NCBI GenBank assembly: GCA_050013255.1
Contig: JBEKFP010000002.1
Span: 608,001 to 672,000, forward strand
Length of the DNA stretch: 64,000 nucleotides
Origin: Candidatus Bathyarchaeia archaeon
GTDB taxonomy: Archaea > Thermoproteota > Bathyarchaeia > 40CM-2-53-6
Direction of reading: 5' to 3'
Made by a program: the position numbers and the translations under genes. This document shows, piece by piece, positions 7,564-19,232 of the stretch. Position 1 is the stretch's first letter, and every line of letters starts with the position of its first letter. The notes under the pieces are model-generated. The model was not told where the DNA came from and did not search any database. It saw only the letters and a program-made list of their open reading frames with translations.

Positions 7564-9933
7564 TTAGGGTTTGGTAAGCAACGAATGCATTCTGATGAGG
7601 TCGTCCTTGAATGGGGTTAGGGCCTTCGGTACCTGAACTTCTACAGGATCACGGAGGGCCAAGGCCTTTTCTTTCTTGACCTTCCAAACCTCTCTGTTGA
7701 ACTCCAGGATCTTCTCGGTGTAGCGCCTGTGATCCCTGGACCAGGCTGGTTTGGGGAATTTCTGGGCGTGTATGCTTTTAGTGGCATAGAGTTGCCTCCA
7801 AATATGGTCCGTCATGAATGGTGCTATTGGTGCGATTAGGAGAAGGGTGTTCTTCAACACAATGTGCAGAGTAAACCATGCGGCCTTCTGTTCTGCCTTG
7901 GTGAAGCCTTGTCCGTACGCCCTGGGTTTCACCATTTCGGCATAATGTGACGCGAATGTTTCCCAAACGAAATCTCTGATCTCGGTGGCAGGAGTGAAGA
8001 AGTTGTAATCCCGATATCCCTTCATGCATTTCTCAGCTAAGACCGCAAGTTCGGATAATATCCATTTGTCGCTAGCATGGAGCTTAGCGCTCTTGACTTG
8101 CGGGAATGAAGATATGAAGCGAGAGAGGTTCCACAACTTTGTGAGGAACTTGTGAGCACCCGCAATTCGCGCTTCGGAGCAACGAAAGTCCGAGCCTAGC
8201 GTTGCTTCCGACGCATTCCAGAACCTGAAGGAGTCCGCTCCAAATTTCTCGAGAATCGGCTCGGGCTCAACAACGTTGCCTTTACTCTTATGCATAGCTT
8301 GGCCTTGCTCATCCATACCCATTCCCGTTATCCAAGCGTGCGCGAACGGAGCTTGCTGAGTCAATTGGAAACATCGCAGAATCGAATAATGCAACCAGGT
8401 TCGGACTATGTCCTTTCCCTGCGGCCTGATGCTAGACGGGTAGCAACGTTTGAAGACCTTCTGGTCTCGTTGATACTTGGAAATGACCAAAGCGGAAATG
8501 CTGGAGTCCATCCAGGTATCGAAGGTTCGAGTGTCGCCTTCGAATTCTGTGTGACCGCACTTTGGGCAGCTTTCGATAGGCGGCCGGTCCCTCCAAGGCC
8601 TGTAATAGGCTCCACCAGGCGGTATGAATGGGACGCCACATCTCTTACAGTACCAGGCAGGTATCTCTGTGGCATAGACTCTGCGCCGGGAAATTGGCCA
8701 GTCGATTGCTATCGAGTTCAGCCAGTCGAGCAGAATCTGCCTGTTGGCGTCGGGGTGGAAGATAATCTTCTTCGCGAGTTGTTTCAGTTTCGGAAGAAAG
8801 GCCAGTTGCTTAAGGTAGTATTCCTTCATAGGTATGATTTCGATGGGGGTATGACTTCGTGAGCATATCGGTGTGCGGTGTATGATACTCTCCGTCTTCA
8901 CGATTAGCCCCTTAGCCTGAAGGTCTTGCACGATTCTTGACCGGCCCTCCTCCATTCTCAACCCTTGGTAGGGTCCTGCTGCATCGGTCAACCGCCCATC
9001 CTGGCCGGCGGCCATGATTTCTGTCAGGCCCAGCTCCCTGAAAATTAGAACATCCGTATAATCGCCATAACTGCATATCATCACGGCCCCAGTTCCGAAC
9101 TCTGCTCGAGCACTTGGGTGCGGTCTAATCTCCACTAGCCGGCCGTAGATTGGGAGTTGAGCGTGTTTCCCATGAAGGCTAGTGTACCTTTCATCAGCCG
9201 GGTTAACGATTACCAGTTGGCATGAGCATATGAGTTCAGGCCTCGTCGTGGCGATTACTAGAGGCTCCCCCGATTCTTCAACCGTAAACTTCACGTGCGC
9301 TAGCCGAGTGGGCAACTCTTCGTATTCTACTTCAGCGTCCGCTATGGTTGTGCCGCAATCGTGACAGTAATTGTTGGGGCGTGTTGCTTCATAGATCAGC
9401 TCCCTATTCCAGAGTTCGATGAAGGTTGTCTGCGTCAGCTTTCTATACTCTTCACTATCTGTCCGATATTTGTTAGTGTAATCGCCACTAAGCCCAATAC
9501 TTTTCATGATGCCGAGCATGTTGTTCTCTAGGTCGTCGAGGGCTGTGGCACATAGTTCGATGAATTGCTCTCTGGGAGTGTCCCGCATCTTCACGTTGTA
9601 TAGGTTCTCCGTGTAAATTTCGACGGGTAGACCGTTTCGGTCAAAACCGATTGGAAACAGAACATGTTTGCCAGACATACGCTCGGCTCTGGCGATCATA
9701 TCAATCTGTGAGTATTGAGCAACGGCGCCGATATGCCATGTTCCGGATGGGTATGGTGGGGGAGTGTCAATTACAAATGGCTTACCCGCCTTTCTCAAAT
9801 TGAGAGTGTAGAGTCCTTCTTGCTGCCACCTATCGAAGATATCGTGCTCTATACCGTGGTCCCACCGCTTCTCGGCAATCGACGGAAGAAATTTCTTTAC
9901 AGCTTCAGCTTTCTCGCTGGTCATCCTAACCAA
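7564..9933 (-). CDS. valS: Valine--tRNA ligase
   Basis: IDTPPPYPSG..HIG, ATTRPE, DWPISRRR, DTWMDSS, RPQGKDIVRTW. Confidence 0.95.
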   Translation of the reverse strand: MVRMTSEKAEAVKKFLPSIAEKRWDHGIEHDIFDRWQQEGLYTLNLRKAGKPFVIDTPPPYPSGTWHIGAVAQYSQIDMIARAERMSGKHVLFPIGFDRNGLPVEIYTENLYNVKMRDTPREQFIELCATALDDLENNMLGIMKSIGLSGDYTNKYRTDSEEYRKLTQTTFIELWNRELIYEATRPNNYCHDCGTTIADAEVEYEELPTRLAHVKFTVEESGEPLVIATTRPELICSCQLVIVNPADERYTSLHGKHAQLPIYGRLVEIRPHPSARAEFGTGAVMICSYGDYTDVLIFRELGLTEIMAAGQDGRLTDAAGPYQGLRMEEGRSRIVQDLQAKGLIVKTESIIHRTPICSRSHTPIEIIPMKEYYLKQLAFLPKLKQLAKKIIFHPDANRQILLDWLNSIAIDWPISRRRVYATEIPAWYCKRCGVPFIPPGGAYYRPWRDRPPIESCPKCGHTEFEGDTRTFDTWMDSSISALVISKYQRDQKVFKRCYPSSIRPQGKDIVRTWLHYSILRCFQLTQQAPFAHAWITGMGMDEQGQAMHKSKGNVVEPEPILEKFGADSFRFWNASEATLGSDFRCSEARIAGAHKFLTKLWNLSRFISSFPQVKSAKLHASDKWILSELAVLAEKCMKGYRDYNFFTPATEIRDFVWETFASHYAEMVKPRAYGQGFTKAEQKAAWFTLHIVLKNTLLLIAPIAPFMTDHIWRQLYATKSIHAQKFPKPAWSRDHRRYTEKILEFNREVWKVKKEKALALRDPVEVQVPKALTPFKDDLIRMHSLLTKP

Positions 9934-10078
9934 TCACCGAATCCGAAATTTGCTTTGCGTCGGTCATTTATGGAATTGGGTTGTCCTAGGCTTGCTGGAC
10001 TTGGCGGTGATACATTGCCCTTCAACCAATTTGACCTGAGAGCTGCCTCATCGTATAAGATTGTCGAATAGGGCTTTT

Positions 10079-11173
10079 TCAGGAACTGTTCGCGCTCATT
10101 CCTGTTGCTTTCAGTGTTAGCCAATTCGATATTCTCAGAGCGGTCCAGATGAGGAAAACAACGAGCACGACCAGACCGCCCGCCAGGGTCATGCCTTCAG
10201 TCAAATTCGAGAACATTGCCATGCCGGCTCCATATGTGGAACCCCCCATATCCAGTACCGTGAAATAGTAATCGAAGAACCAGTGGAGAAGAATACTTGC
10301 GTAGGCACCGTATGCAACATACGCTATGCCAAACACCAGTCCTGCTAGGAAAGCAGTTGTGACTTTGCCAATCTCCCAGCCACCTCCGAGTAAGAGGTGG
10401 GCTGAACCAAACGCAAAAGCAGTGACCAGAATCAGCACCCATTCAAGCGGGCTTATTCCATGTAGCAAACCATTCATGCTTACATTTCTATAGCCCAGCT
10501 TCTGTTTGGCAGCTTCAGGGCTAACCATTGTTAAGAGAACTAGTTTGAGCTTATTCACTGGGCCGGCAAGCTTAGGATCGGATCGAAAGAGGACGAAAGC
10601 AAGGACGATTCCAAGAGGAATGCCGATCGAAGTGATGCGGAAGCCGAACTCTTCACTTAGGGGTGCGAAAGCAAGGTTAAGCAAAATTACGTAAGGGCTT
10701 GTTGCTGGCGGGAAGCTCAGGTTGCCCGTTTGGACTCCTTGAGTCGCCTGAAACTCTTCGATGATGACTGTGGCGTAAAGCAGGCCAGTAGCTAGCATGG
10801 GCATGATGAAGAGAAAGTTGGTTCTCGCCATCGCAAACGGTTTCTTCAGCGCGTCCTTGACGGACTTAACAAAGCCACCACGGCTAAGCCAAGCAAGAAT
10901 GAAGCAGAGGACGAAAGCTCCCCAAATTGCAGCGAACAATGCGCCTAAACTGACGCCGAAAAGTGGGATCGGGATCTCGATCACAGTGAACACGTCAATT
11001 GGGAGGTGATGAATCGGCCTTGCCGCAACGGTCAAGCCGTCTGATGTGGAGAAGAATAAGATCGGGCCAAGAGCTAGTGAAACAATGTAGCTGATCGTGG
11101 ACAGGACCACGAGAACGAGGGCAAGCCCCTTTCCGAGATTACCAAACGCCTGAAGAAACCTGGTTAATGGCAT
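10079..11173 (-). CDS. CPBP (CAAX/Rce1-like) intramembrane glutamic protease
   Basis: EEFGFR, FGSAH and ILLHWFFD motifs in a multi-TM protein. Confidence 0.88.
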   Translation of the reverse strand: MPLTRFLQAFGNLGKGLALVLVVLSTISYIVSLALGPILFFSTSDGLTVAARPIHHLPIDVFTVIEIPIPLFGVSLGALFAAIWGAFVLCFILAWLSRGGFVKSVKDALKKPFAMARTNFLFIMPMLATGLLYATVIIEEFQATQGVQTGNLSFPPATSPYVILLNLAFAPLSEEFGFRITSIGIPLGIVLAFVLFRSDPKLAGPVNKLKLVLLTMVSPEAAKQKLGYRNVSMNGLLHGISPLEWVLILVTAFAFGSAHLLLGGGWEIGKVTTAFLAGLVFGIAYVAYGAYASILLHWFFDYYFTVLDMGGSTYGAGMAMFSNLTEGMTLAGGLVVLVVFLIWTALRISNWLTLKATGMSANSS

Positions 11174-11273
11174 ATCGGTCTTCTCGCCTCGTTCCGGCCT
11201 GAACGGCTAGCATTACCTAATCAACGTAATGGTGCAAGTCGAGCGGTCCATACACGCCATGATTACTATAAGT

Positions 11274-12452
11274 TCAGTGACCCATGCTGTCAGGGGGCCA
11301 TGCTTTCCTTCTGAGCTCGTCCACTTTGTCAGTCCTTTCCCAAGTAAATTCAGGATCGTCGCGGCCAAAGTGTCCATAGACAGCTGTCTTACGGTATATC
11401 GGCCGGCGCAATTTGAGGTGCTCAATGATTCCTTTAGGAGTCATGTCGAACACCGCTTTAACTGCCTCCGTAATTTCCTCGTCCGGCAATTTTCCTGTTC
11501 CATACGTGTTTACCATCACTGATACCGGTTTTGAGACACCTATGGCGTAAGCTATTTGCACATCACACTTATCAGCCAACCCCGCGGCGACGATGTTCTT
11601 CGCAATATACCTGGCCATGTAGCTTCCCGACCTGTCAACTTTGGTCGGGTCTTTTCCGGAATAGCATCCGCCCCCATGGCTACCGATACCGCCGTAAGTG
11701 TCCACGATTATCTTTCTACCCGTCAATCCGCTGTCCGCGAGCGTTCCTCCGATGGTAAACCGCCCTGTTTCGTTGATGAAGAATTTGGTATTGTCGTCGA
11801 GCATGCTTTTCGGTATGACCGCTTTGATTACTTTCTCAATAATCTCCTTCCTCATCTGCTCTCTGCTTACATCATCGTCATGCTGGGCTGCAATGACGAC
11901 TGCTTCCACCCTCTTCGGCTTGTCATTCTCATACTCAACTGTGACCTGTGACTTTCCGTCCGGCCGGAGGTAAGGCAGCAGCTTCTCTTTTCGCACAGCC
12001 GCGAGCCTTCTCACGAGCTTGTGGGCGAGCATGATGGGCAACGGCATGAGCTCCGGCGTCTCATTTGTCGCATGACCGAACATCATGCCTTGATCGCCGG
12101 CGCCGATATCTTCCTTGTCGACGCCCATTGCAATGTCGGGAGATTGTTCTTCAATGGAGACGAGGACTCCGCATGCTTCCCAGTCGAGGCCCACCTTGGC
12201 GTTGTCGAACCCAATATCCTTCAGGACGTTTCGAACAATTTGATTGATTGGCACGTATGCCTTGGTCGATATTTGGCCGGTTACGATAACCGTGCCCTTC
12301 ATTATTAGAGTCTCAATATCGACCCTAGCTTTCGGGTCTTTCTCAATGAGCGCATCAAGAATCGAGTCGGATATCTGGTCCGCGACCTTGTCGGGGTGAC
12401 CTTCAGTTACGCTTTCCGACGTAAACAGGAATGATCGAGGCCTTTTGCTCAT
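11274..12452 (-). CDS. metK: S-adenosylmethionine synthetase, bacterial/eukaryotic type
   Basis: [45 protein letters not shown]; start moved to ATG 12452. Confidence 0.97.
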   Translation of the reverse strand: MSKRPRSFLFTSESVTEGHPDKVADQISDSILDALIEKDPKARVDIETLIMKGTVIVTGQISTKAYVPINQIVRNVLKDIGFDNAKVGLDWEACGVLVSIEEQSPDIAMGVDKEDIGAGDQGMMFGHATNETPELMPLPIMLAHKLVRRLAAVRKEKLLPYLRPDGKSQVTVEYENDKPKRVEAVVIAAQHDDDVSREQMRKEIIEKVIKAVIPKSMLDDNTKFFINETGRFTIGGTLADSGLTGRKIIVDTYGGIGSHGGGCYSGKDPTKVDRSGSYMARYIAKNIVAAGLADKCDVQIAYAIGVSKPVSVMVNTYGTGKLPDEEITEAVKAVFDMTPKGIIEHLKLRRPIYRKTAVYGHFGRDDPEFTWERTDKVDELRRKAWPPDSMGH

Positions 12453-12873
12453 TGCAACAGCAACATTCGTAGACGGAGAACTAATTGCACTTCGAATTCT
12501 GCTCAATGTCGATTTACCGGCTAGTTATTGCCGGAAGTCCGATATTCCTATAATATAAATTTGCGATAAGAAAGTATTCTACTAGGAATTATAACGATTC
12601 TGTTGTTTTTCCGACCTTTAATCGGGGGAAAAGGTAGCAATTCGTCATATGGGCCCCCTCATCATTTTACCACCTGAACGCGAGCAGCAAAGCGAGGAGG
12701 ACTATGATGACTATTAGAAAAGGCAGAAGGATGGTCTGCAAGGATGCTATGCTGAGTGCAACGTAATCTCGCCAATTCACATGTTTTTCCTTGTTTCGAT
12801 CAGGATGATCCTCATCTTCTCTCGAAACTCATCACCTGAGCTAGCTCGTTAGATCTTTCATCTACGTTTTGTT

Positions 12874-13905
12874 TCAAGTTTTGAGTATCGGAATTGGTGA
12901 TGACAGTTTCAGATCGAAGTGACAGGATACAAGATGGCCAACTCTCCGAGATTCAAGGGGGGGGTCTTCTTGTGCGCAGAGGTCTTTCACGTATGGACAC
13001 CGTGTTCTGAAGCGACAGCCAGATGGGATGTTAACTGGGCTTGGAATGTCGCCACTGAGAACTACTCTCTCTCGAACCAAATCGGGATTAGGTATGGGAA
13101 GGGCTGATATTAGGGCGTGCGTGTAAGGGTGTTCAGGCCTACGGTATATAGTGTCTCTCGGTGCTGCTTCCATTAATTTTCCAAGGTACATGACGCCGAC
13201 TCGGTTACTCATATGTTCTATGACACTGAGATTATGCGAAATGAACAGGTACGTTAGGTCGAGTTCCTCTTGGAGGTCTGAGAGAAGGTTAAGAATCTGA
13301 GCTTGGACGGAGACGTCGAGGAAGGATGTGGGCTCGTCTAATATGATGATTTCAGGGTCTGTCGTCAGCGCGCGTGCGACGGCCACGCGTTGACGCTGGC
13401 CTCCACTGAACTCGTGTGGAAATCGGTAAAGGTGATCTTCGTTCAGACCAACTCTCTTTATCAGCTCTTCGGCTTTCTTGGCCGCTTGATCTTCGCTTTG
13501 AACGATCTTATGGTATTTCATTGGCTCGATCAATGCGCTCTTAATTGTCTGCCGAGGGTCGAGTGAGGCGTATGGGTCCTGAAAGACTATCCCGAACTTT
13601 CTTTGAATCTTCCGGAAAGCTTCGCCCTTCAATCTTGTGATATCTTGGTCTCGGTACATTATTTTTCCGTAACTGGGTTCGATCAGGCGCAGGATGCATC
13701 GTCCGAGAGTTGTCTTGCCTGACCCAGATTCACCGACGAGGCCGAAGGTTTCGCCTTCTTCAATTTCTAGGTCTACTCCATCCACTGCCTTGACATGCCC
13801 TTTAACCCTCCCAAGTAATCCGGCGGTTACTGGGAACCATTTCTTCAGGTCTTTGATTTCGAGAACGCTCCGAGTCATGATTTTCCTTCCTCGTATAGGT
13901 GGCAT
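12874..13905 (-). CDS. oppF: Oligopeptide ABC transporter ATP-binding subunit (OppF/DppF)
   Basis: [29 protein letters not shown]. Confidence 0.93.
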   Translation of the reverse strand: MPPIRGRKIMTRSVLEIKDLKKWFPVTAGLLGRVKGHVKAVDGVDLEIEEGETFGLVGESGSGKTTLGRCILRLIEPSYGKIMYRDQDITRLKGEAFRKIQRKFGIVFQDPYASLDPRQTIKSALIEPMKYHKIVQSEDQAAKKAEELIKRVGLNEDHLYRFPHEFSGGQRQRVAVARALTTDPEIIILDEPTSFLDVSVQAQILNLLSDLQEELDLTYLFISHNLSVIEHMSNRVGVMYLGKLMEAAPRDTIYRRPEHPYTHALISALPIPNPDLVRERVVLSGDIPSPVNIPSGCRFRTRCPYVKDLCAQEDPPLESRRVGHLVSCHFDLKLSSPIPILKT

Positions 13906-14936
13906 GCGACAGTATGGCCTTGCCCGACATTCAGAAGTTCAGGCTTTACCCGCTTGCATTTTTCGAACGCGAGTGGACACCGCGGATGAAACCGGCAGCC
14001 CGGCGGCGGATAAATGAGGTCTGGAACTGACCCTTGAATTGTCTCAAGTCTATCCTTTCTCTTGTCGAGCATTGGAACTGCTCTGATCAATCCCCGCGTG
14101 TAAGGGTGAAGCGGGTTTGCGAACAACTCCTTCACGTTGGCAAGTTCCACAATGTTCCCGGCATACATTACTGCGACGCGGTCGCATAGCTCCGCTACTA
14201 TTCCCAAATCATGCGTGATAAGTAACGTCGATCCTTGAAACTCCCTCTTCAACTCTCTAAGCAGCTCGAGAATTTGCGCTTGTATGGTGACGTCTAGCGC
14301 GGTGGTAATTTCGTCAGCGATGAAGAGGGCAGGGTTTCGGGCCAGAGCCATAGCGATCATGCACCTCTGGCGCATCCCTCCTGACAATTCGTGCGGATAT
14401 TCTTTCAGAACCCGTTCCTGGTCGGGCAGTCTCACCCGCTTCATCACATCGATACTTAGGAGTTTAGCAGTCTTTTTCTGCTGTGATTTCGATAGGCTTT
14501 TTATCGATTTCGCCTTATTGTCTGATCCTTCCTTTTTTTCGGATGCGACACTAGCGAGATGCTTAGGACTCAAAAGGAATACTTCTTCGAGTTGTTCGCC
14601 GATTGTCAGTACCGGATTCAAGAAGGTGGTTGGGTCTTGGAATACCATCGCAATCTCGGTGGCGCGGACCTTTCGCATCTCATCATGCTTGAGTGCTAGC
14701 AAGTTCTTGCCTGCAAGAAGGATCTCTCCTTCGGTGACGGTTGCGTTTTCAGGAAGCAACCCCACTATAGTCAGTGCGGTTACGGATTTTCCGCAACCTG
14801 ATTCGCCCACTAAGCCTAGCGCTTCCCCTTTCCTTACGGTGAACGAGACGCCGTCCAAGGCTTTCACTTGGCCTGCATACGTGTGAAAGTCGAGTTTTAG
14901 ATGATTGACTCTCAGTAGCGCGTCGTTTTCTGTCAA
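13875..14936 (-). CDS. oppD: Oligopeptide ABC transporter ATP-binding subunit (OppD/DppD)
   Basis: [24 protein letters not shown]. Confidence 0.93.
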   Translation of the reverse strand: MTENDALLRVNHLKLDFHTYAGQVKALDGVSFTVRKGEALGLVGESGCGKSVTALTIVGLLPENATVTEGEILLAGKNLLALKHDEMRKVRATEIAMVFQDPTTFLNPVLTIGEQLEEVFLLSPKHLASVASEKKEGSDNKAKSIKSLSKSQQKKTAKLLSIDVMKRVRLPDQERVLKEYPHELSGGMRQRCMIAMALARNPALFIADEITTALDVTIQAQILELLRELKREFQGSTLLITHDLGIVAELCDRVAVMYAGNIVELANVKELFANPLHPYTRGLIRAVPMLDKRKDRLETIQGSVPDLIYPPPGCRFHPRCPLAFEKCKRVKPELLNVGQGHTVACHLYEEGKS

Positions 14937-14940
14937 TTGA

Positions 14941-15810
14941 TTATCTCCTCAGCCTGGGGTCTAGAACATCGCGAATCCCGTCACCCATCAGGTTGAAGGC
15001 GAGTGAGATTATGAGGATTGCGAGTCCGGGGAAGGCTGTTAACCACGGGGCCTGGAAAATGTAGGTCTGACCTGCCGTGATTAGTCTACCGAGTTCAGGC
15101 GTTAGCGCGCTTGTTCCGAAGCCTAAGAAGCTTAGGCCGGCGAAGGTTAAGATGACGCCGCCGAGGTCGAGGGTACATTGAACGATGACGGGATAAATCG
15201 TATTGGGAATGATGTGTCTAAGGATTATTCGGACTTTGCCAATACCAAGTGCGCGTAACGCATCTACGTACAAGCGTTGCTTTTCAGCGAGTACCTGTCC
15301 TCGGAGTATGCGAGTGTATCCAGGCCATTGGACGACGATTATCGCGAGTATGAGGTTGTTTAACCCTCGACCAAGGGCGGCGGCAATCGCTAATGCGAGG
15401 ATTAATCCAGGTATTGAGAAGAAGATGTCGGTAACTCTCATCAGTGCTTCGTCGATCTTCCCGCCAAGAAAGCCAGAAAAAGCCCCTAACGTCACTCCGA
15501 TCGCCACGCCGGCTCCGACTATTTCAAGCATCGCTGCTACGTCCAGTCTGGTTGATAGTACTATCATGCCAAAGAGGTCACGGCCATAATCGTCCGTTCC
15601 CAACCAATGAGTGACGCTGGGAGGCTGCAATCGATTAGGCAAATTTATCGCCGTGGCGATAGCCGGTGATATGACAAGCGTGCCGAAGATTGCGGTCATT
15701 AGTACTCCAACCGAGATTATTGTGCCCGTCAGTACTAGTTTGTTCTGAACTAGGAGATGCATAGCGAATTTCAGTTCGGAAATTGCAGGTGACCAGTTTG
15801 ATCTTTTCAA
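14941..15810 (-). CDS. oppC: Oligopeptide ABC transporter permease (OppC/DppC)
   Basis: HWLGTDDYGRD, RHIIPN, FNLMGDGIRDVLDPR. Confidence 0.93.
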   Translation of the reverse strand: MKRSNWSPAISELKFAMHLLVQNKLVLTGTIISVGVLMTAIFGTLVISPAIATAINLPNRLQPPSVTHWLGTDDYGRDLFGMIVLSTRLDVAAMLEIVGAGVAIGVTLGAFSGFLGGKIDEALMRVTDIFFSIPGLILALAIAAALGRGLNNLILAIIVVQWPGYTRILRGQVLAEKQRLYVDALRALGIGKVRIILRHIIPNTIYPVIVQCTLDLGGVILTFAGLSFLGFGTSALTPELGRLITAGQTYIFQAPWLTAFPGLAILIISLAFNLMGDGIRDVLDPRLRR

Positions 15811-15822
15811 ACTCTCTCAAAC

Positions 15823-16854
15823 TCAATACTTGATGCGTGGGTCCAGGAACGCGTAGAGAATGTCCACTCCCAAGTTAGCGAGGACCAGCATCAACGCCGT
15901 TATGAGAGTGAATCCCATTATCAGTGGAGCGTCGTTTCTTCCAATCGCATCTACCGCCAACCTCCCCATTCCCGGCCATCCAAATACTGTCTCAGTTAGA
16001 GGGGCTCCGCCAAGTAATCCTGCAATTGCTAAGCCTGCCACGGTCACTGTCGGTATCATCGCATTCTTGAGCGCATGTCTGTAAATCACTACTCGTTCAG
16101 GCAATCCTTTCGAGCGAGCCAGGATTATGTAATCCTGTCGAAGAACCTCAAGCATGCTTGAGCGCATTATCCTCATCACTATTCCCAATGATATGAAACC
16201 CAAGGCGAAGGAGGGCAATACTACGTGTGCAAGTGAGTCTTCGAACATTACCCAATTACCGGTGAGTAAAGTGTCCAACACCGGGAGTCCAGTAATCGTT
16301 GTGATTGGGTGATTGAGCACTAAGGTTGTGTCGATTATTCCGTTTGAAGGCAAATGTGGGAGACCAAGTTGCGCGAAATAATAGAAGAATACTAGCTGAA
16401 GGATTAAGCCAAGCCAGAATACGGGCGTCGAAACGCCAGTTAACGCCACGAGTCTTGAAATGTGGTCCGGAGCCTTGTTATTCTTCAATGCTGAGATGAT
16501 TCCAGCAGGTATTCCAACAACCAGAGTCCAAAGGATGGCTGCTATTGTCAGCTCAATAGTTGCAGGAAATCTTTGTGAGAGCGCTTGCAAAACCGGCTCA
16601 GACAATGATCGCGAGAAACCCCAATCGCCCCTCAGAAGATTCCACACATAGACAGCGTACCGTATGGGCCAAGGGTCATTAAGATGATAATACGCGATGA
16701 TCATAGGAATCGATTCTATTCGGGTCTTGTCCGTGAGGTATAGAGCCAGTGGATCCATCAAGACCTGGGAAAGAAAGAATATGATGAGCGTTACACCAAT
16801 TAGCACGAAGACCAGAAGAAACAAGCGACGGAGGACGTATTCCCACAGCTTCAT
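15823..16854 (-). CDS. oppB: Oligopeptide ABC transporter permease (OppB/DppB)
   Basis: PATIEL, QDYIILARSKG, HALKNA, YAFLDPRI. Confidence 0.93.
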   Translation of the reverse strand: MKLWEYVLRRLFLLVFVLIGVTLIIFFLSQVLMDPLALYLTDKTRIESIPMIIAYYHLNDPWPIRYAVYVWNLLRGDWGFSRSLSEPVLQALSQRFPATIELTIAAILWTLVVGIPAGIISALKNNKAPDHISRLVALTGVSTPVFWLGLILQLVFFYYFAQLGLPHLPSNGIIDTTLVLNHPITTITGLPVLDTLLTGNWVMFEDSLAHVVLPSFALGFISLGIVMRIMRSSMLEVLRQDYIILARSKGLPERVVIYRHALKNAMIPTVTVAGLAIAGLLGGAPLTETVFGWPGMGRLAVDAIGRNDAPLIMGFTLITALMLVLANLGVDILYAFLDPRIKY

Positions 16855-17087
16855 GACACGCTCACCAGTCGACCGAGTTAGAGATTGGTGGTTCTTAATA
16901 ATGAAGTTAATAGATGCGAGGGGGGTAAGAAGTTAGGATCATAGAACTTCCTATCGCACTTAGTTTCGACGCTCTTAGCGCAGATAGAATTAGTCAGCCA
17001 AACGCTTAACGATCAGGCGGCTTGAGATCAGAGGCAGAAACTCTAAAAGGCGAACTCGAAGATGTGTTCTTCCGCATTTGGTGAACT

Positions 17088-17435
17088 ATGGCTTCCGTAA
17101 TTCTTGCAATCCTAAGGAAATCTATTCTGCTTGCGTGTGTGATCATGTTTGCCGACGCAGTCGGAGTTACGGTAGGGTCAATCATGCTAAAACTGAACTT
17201 GTTTCATTATTATACCCTCATAGTGTTGGGACAAGCTGGCCTCTTGTTCTTGGTTGGAGGAGGCTTGGACGTAGGGCGGTCTCTTGGGTTCGCGAGGATA
17301 GCTCATCGTGTAAACAGAACGAAGAGTTGGACCTTCAGTGAACATAAGCAGGCACAACAGAGAGCTGCTCCATACATTGTCACCGGGATTTTGCTCCTCG
17401 TGCTTAGCTTCATTCTTGCCTACCCACTAAACTGA
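17088..17435 (+). CDS. Small three-TM membrane protein
   Basis: 115 aa with three hydrophobic segments. Confidence 0.6.
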   Translation: MASVILAILRKSILLACVIMFADAVGVTVGSIMLKLNLFHYYTLIVLGQAGLLFLVGGGLDVGRSLGFARIAHRVNRTKSWTFSEHKQAQQRAAPYIVTGILLLVLSFILAYPLN

Positions 17436-17475
17436 AAAGGTCGAAATTTCGGACACTCTGCCACTCTTCCCGATG

Positions 17476-17881
17476 TTAAGGTTCTTGACTAACATACTTG
17501 CGTTCCGCAGCATCGTGAAGAGCGACGATGCTTCCGCCATGCCTATTCACTATAATGGCGTACTTGATTTTCCAGTCCTCACCGTAGCCTTTGAGGACCT
17601 TAAACACGTAATCTAAGTACTCTTCTCGACAAATTCAGTGATACAGCGCGGTCCTTGAAGCGCCGAGTGTGTCTGTATGATATCGTAGGACCAACCAGGA
17701 CTCGATCCCCAGCGATTCTATAAACTTCTTCCGCCGTTCTCTCTGGTATAATCACGTCCGCGGCCACACTACAATGTGGGGCCATGAGTTTTAATTGTTC
17801 CAACAGAAGCAACGTATCGATCTTGCCGATGACTTGCAAAGTCTTGGTGTTATTCAATTCTTTAAGCGCATATGCCCTCAT
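17476..17881 (-). pseudogene. Frameshifted, truncated creatininase-family (creatinine amidohydrolase) gene
   Basis: Motifs spread over different frames: VGTIKTHGP (cf. PVGxxExHGPH), ADVIIPE..VLVGPTISY, then EEYLDYVFKVLKGY..YAIIVNRHGGS (cf. NGHGGN) followed by a stop. Confidence 0.75.
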
Positions 17882-17987
17882 CGAGTGGGAGAGCGAAACA
17901 AGTCAATGGGATTTCGTTTTGTTTCTCTAACAGAATGTTACGTGTGAGAATCCTCGCGCAAATCTGTGCAGTCGTGGTAGTGCAAAG

Positions 17988-19178
17988 TTAGGTGGCTAAG
18001 CTGTGGAGCTTTCCTCTTCTAATCACACAGGTTATGTTCTTGGGAGAGATCGCTTCAATATCGTTCAATGGATTGCCTTTAACGACCACAAGGTCCGCAT
18101 CATATCCCTTCTCAATTCGTCCTGTCGTGGCTAGACCTAAACATTCAGCTGCGGCGGCTGTGGCAGCTATGAGTGCTTCCCTATTTCCAATCAGGCTGGC
18201 GAGGCCGACTATCTCTCGGTAGTTTTCTCCGTGCCGTAGCGTATCTCCCGTGTAGTCAGATCCGGAAACTATTTTGAGACCGAATTCTTTCGCGATTCTC
18301 ATGTCTTCTGTACAGTGCCGCTTAACGAGCGCGGCGCTTTCGGCGCTTCGGTTCGGGTTCGGTGTGAGATATATGCTGATTGTTGGCACGTAATAGATTC
18401 CGTTATCTTTGATCCCTTTAGCGATTTCAGGGGTTAGGCCTATTCCATGTTCGATGGAATCCACGCCGGCTTCAACCACGTTGCTCATGGCTTCTTCGCC
18501 ATAAGCATGGGCTGCAACTTTGAGTTCGGCTGAATGTGCTTCTTCAACGATTGCCTTGAGCTCTTCGACTGTGAACTGAGCTCTAACCTTTCGTCCCTGG
18601 GCGAAGCTACCGGAAGCGTATACCTTGACGACTTCCGCCCCGTCTCTCACGACTTTTCTAACCGCTTTCCGGCAGTCCCAAGGACCATCACAGTAATACG
18701 AGTAGGATAGTTGCTGGGCAACGTGGATGGGTAAGAGTGTTGGATCGTCATCTCCTCCAGTTTGGGCCAACGATTTTGAGGCTGAGATGATTCTCGGCCC
18801 TTGAATCAGTCCTTCTCTCTCAGCTAAACTCAAGTAAGAGCCGGCTTTGCTGCCCAAATCTCGTACAGCAGTGAAACCTGCTCGCAGCAGATGTTCCATG
18901 TCAGCTACGCCTCTAAGGGCAGTAAGAGTTTCTGGGACTACAACCCAATCTGTGAGGCTGTGCTTTTGGGATCCGAAAAAATGTAGGTGAGCGTCTATCA
19001 AGCCTGGAAGAATGGCCCCGTCTTTTACTGCAATCACCTGCGCTCCTCTTGGCTCGTCCACCTCTCCCGTCTGTCCAACGTTCGTGATCTTCCCGTTCAA
19101 CCTATCAAGAACTATAACTCCGTTATCGAGCAATTCGACTCCACTGAATACTGGCCCTTTCAAAACAAGACTTGACAT
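17988..19178 (-). CDS. Metal-dependent amidohydrolase (prolidase/Xaa-Pro dipeptidase-like)
   Basis: PGLIDAHLH, VKVYASG, VAAHAYG, SIEHG, GSD. Confidence 0.9.
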   Translation of the reverse strand: MSSLVLKGPVFSGVELLDNGVIVLDRLNGKITNVGQTGEVDEPRGAQVIAVKDGAILPGLIDAHLHFFGSQKHSLTDWVVVPETLTALRGVADMEHLLRAGFTAVRDLGSKAGSYLSLAEREGLIQGPRIISASKSLAQTGGDDDPTLLPIHVAQQLSYSYYCDGPWDCRKAVRKVVRDGAEVVKVYASGSFAQGRKVRAQFTVEELKAIVEEAHSAELKVAAHAYGEEAMSNVVEAGVDSIEHGIGLTPEIAKGIKDNGIYYVPTISIYLTPNPNRSAESAALVKRHCTEDMRIAKEFGLKIVSGSDYTGDTLRHGENYREIVGLASLIGNREALIAATAAAAECLGLATTGRIEKGYDADLVVVKGNPLNDIEAISPKNITCVIRRGKLHSLAT

Positions 19179-19232
19179 GACCGATCTCTTCTTCGAAGTG
19201 AGGTAAAGAAAGTGAGGTGTTCCAGGTCCAGC

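Noticed and set aside
9921-10124. 67-aa ORF between valS and the CPBP protease
   Set aside because: Overlaps both neighbours and has no recognisable features.
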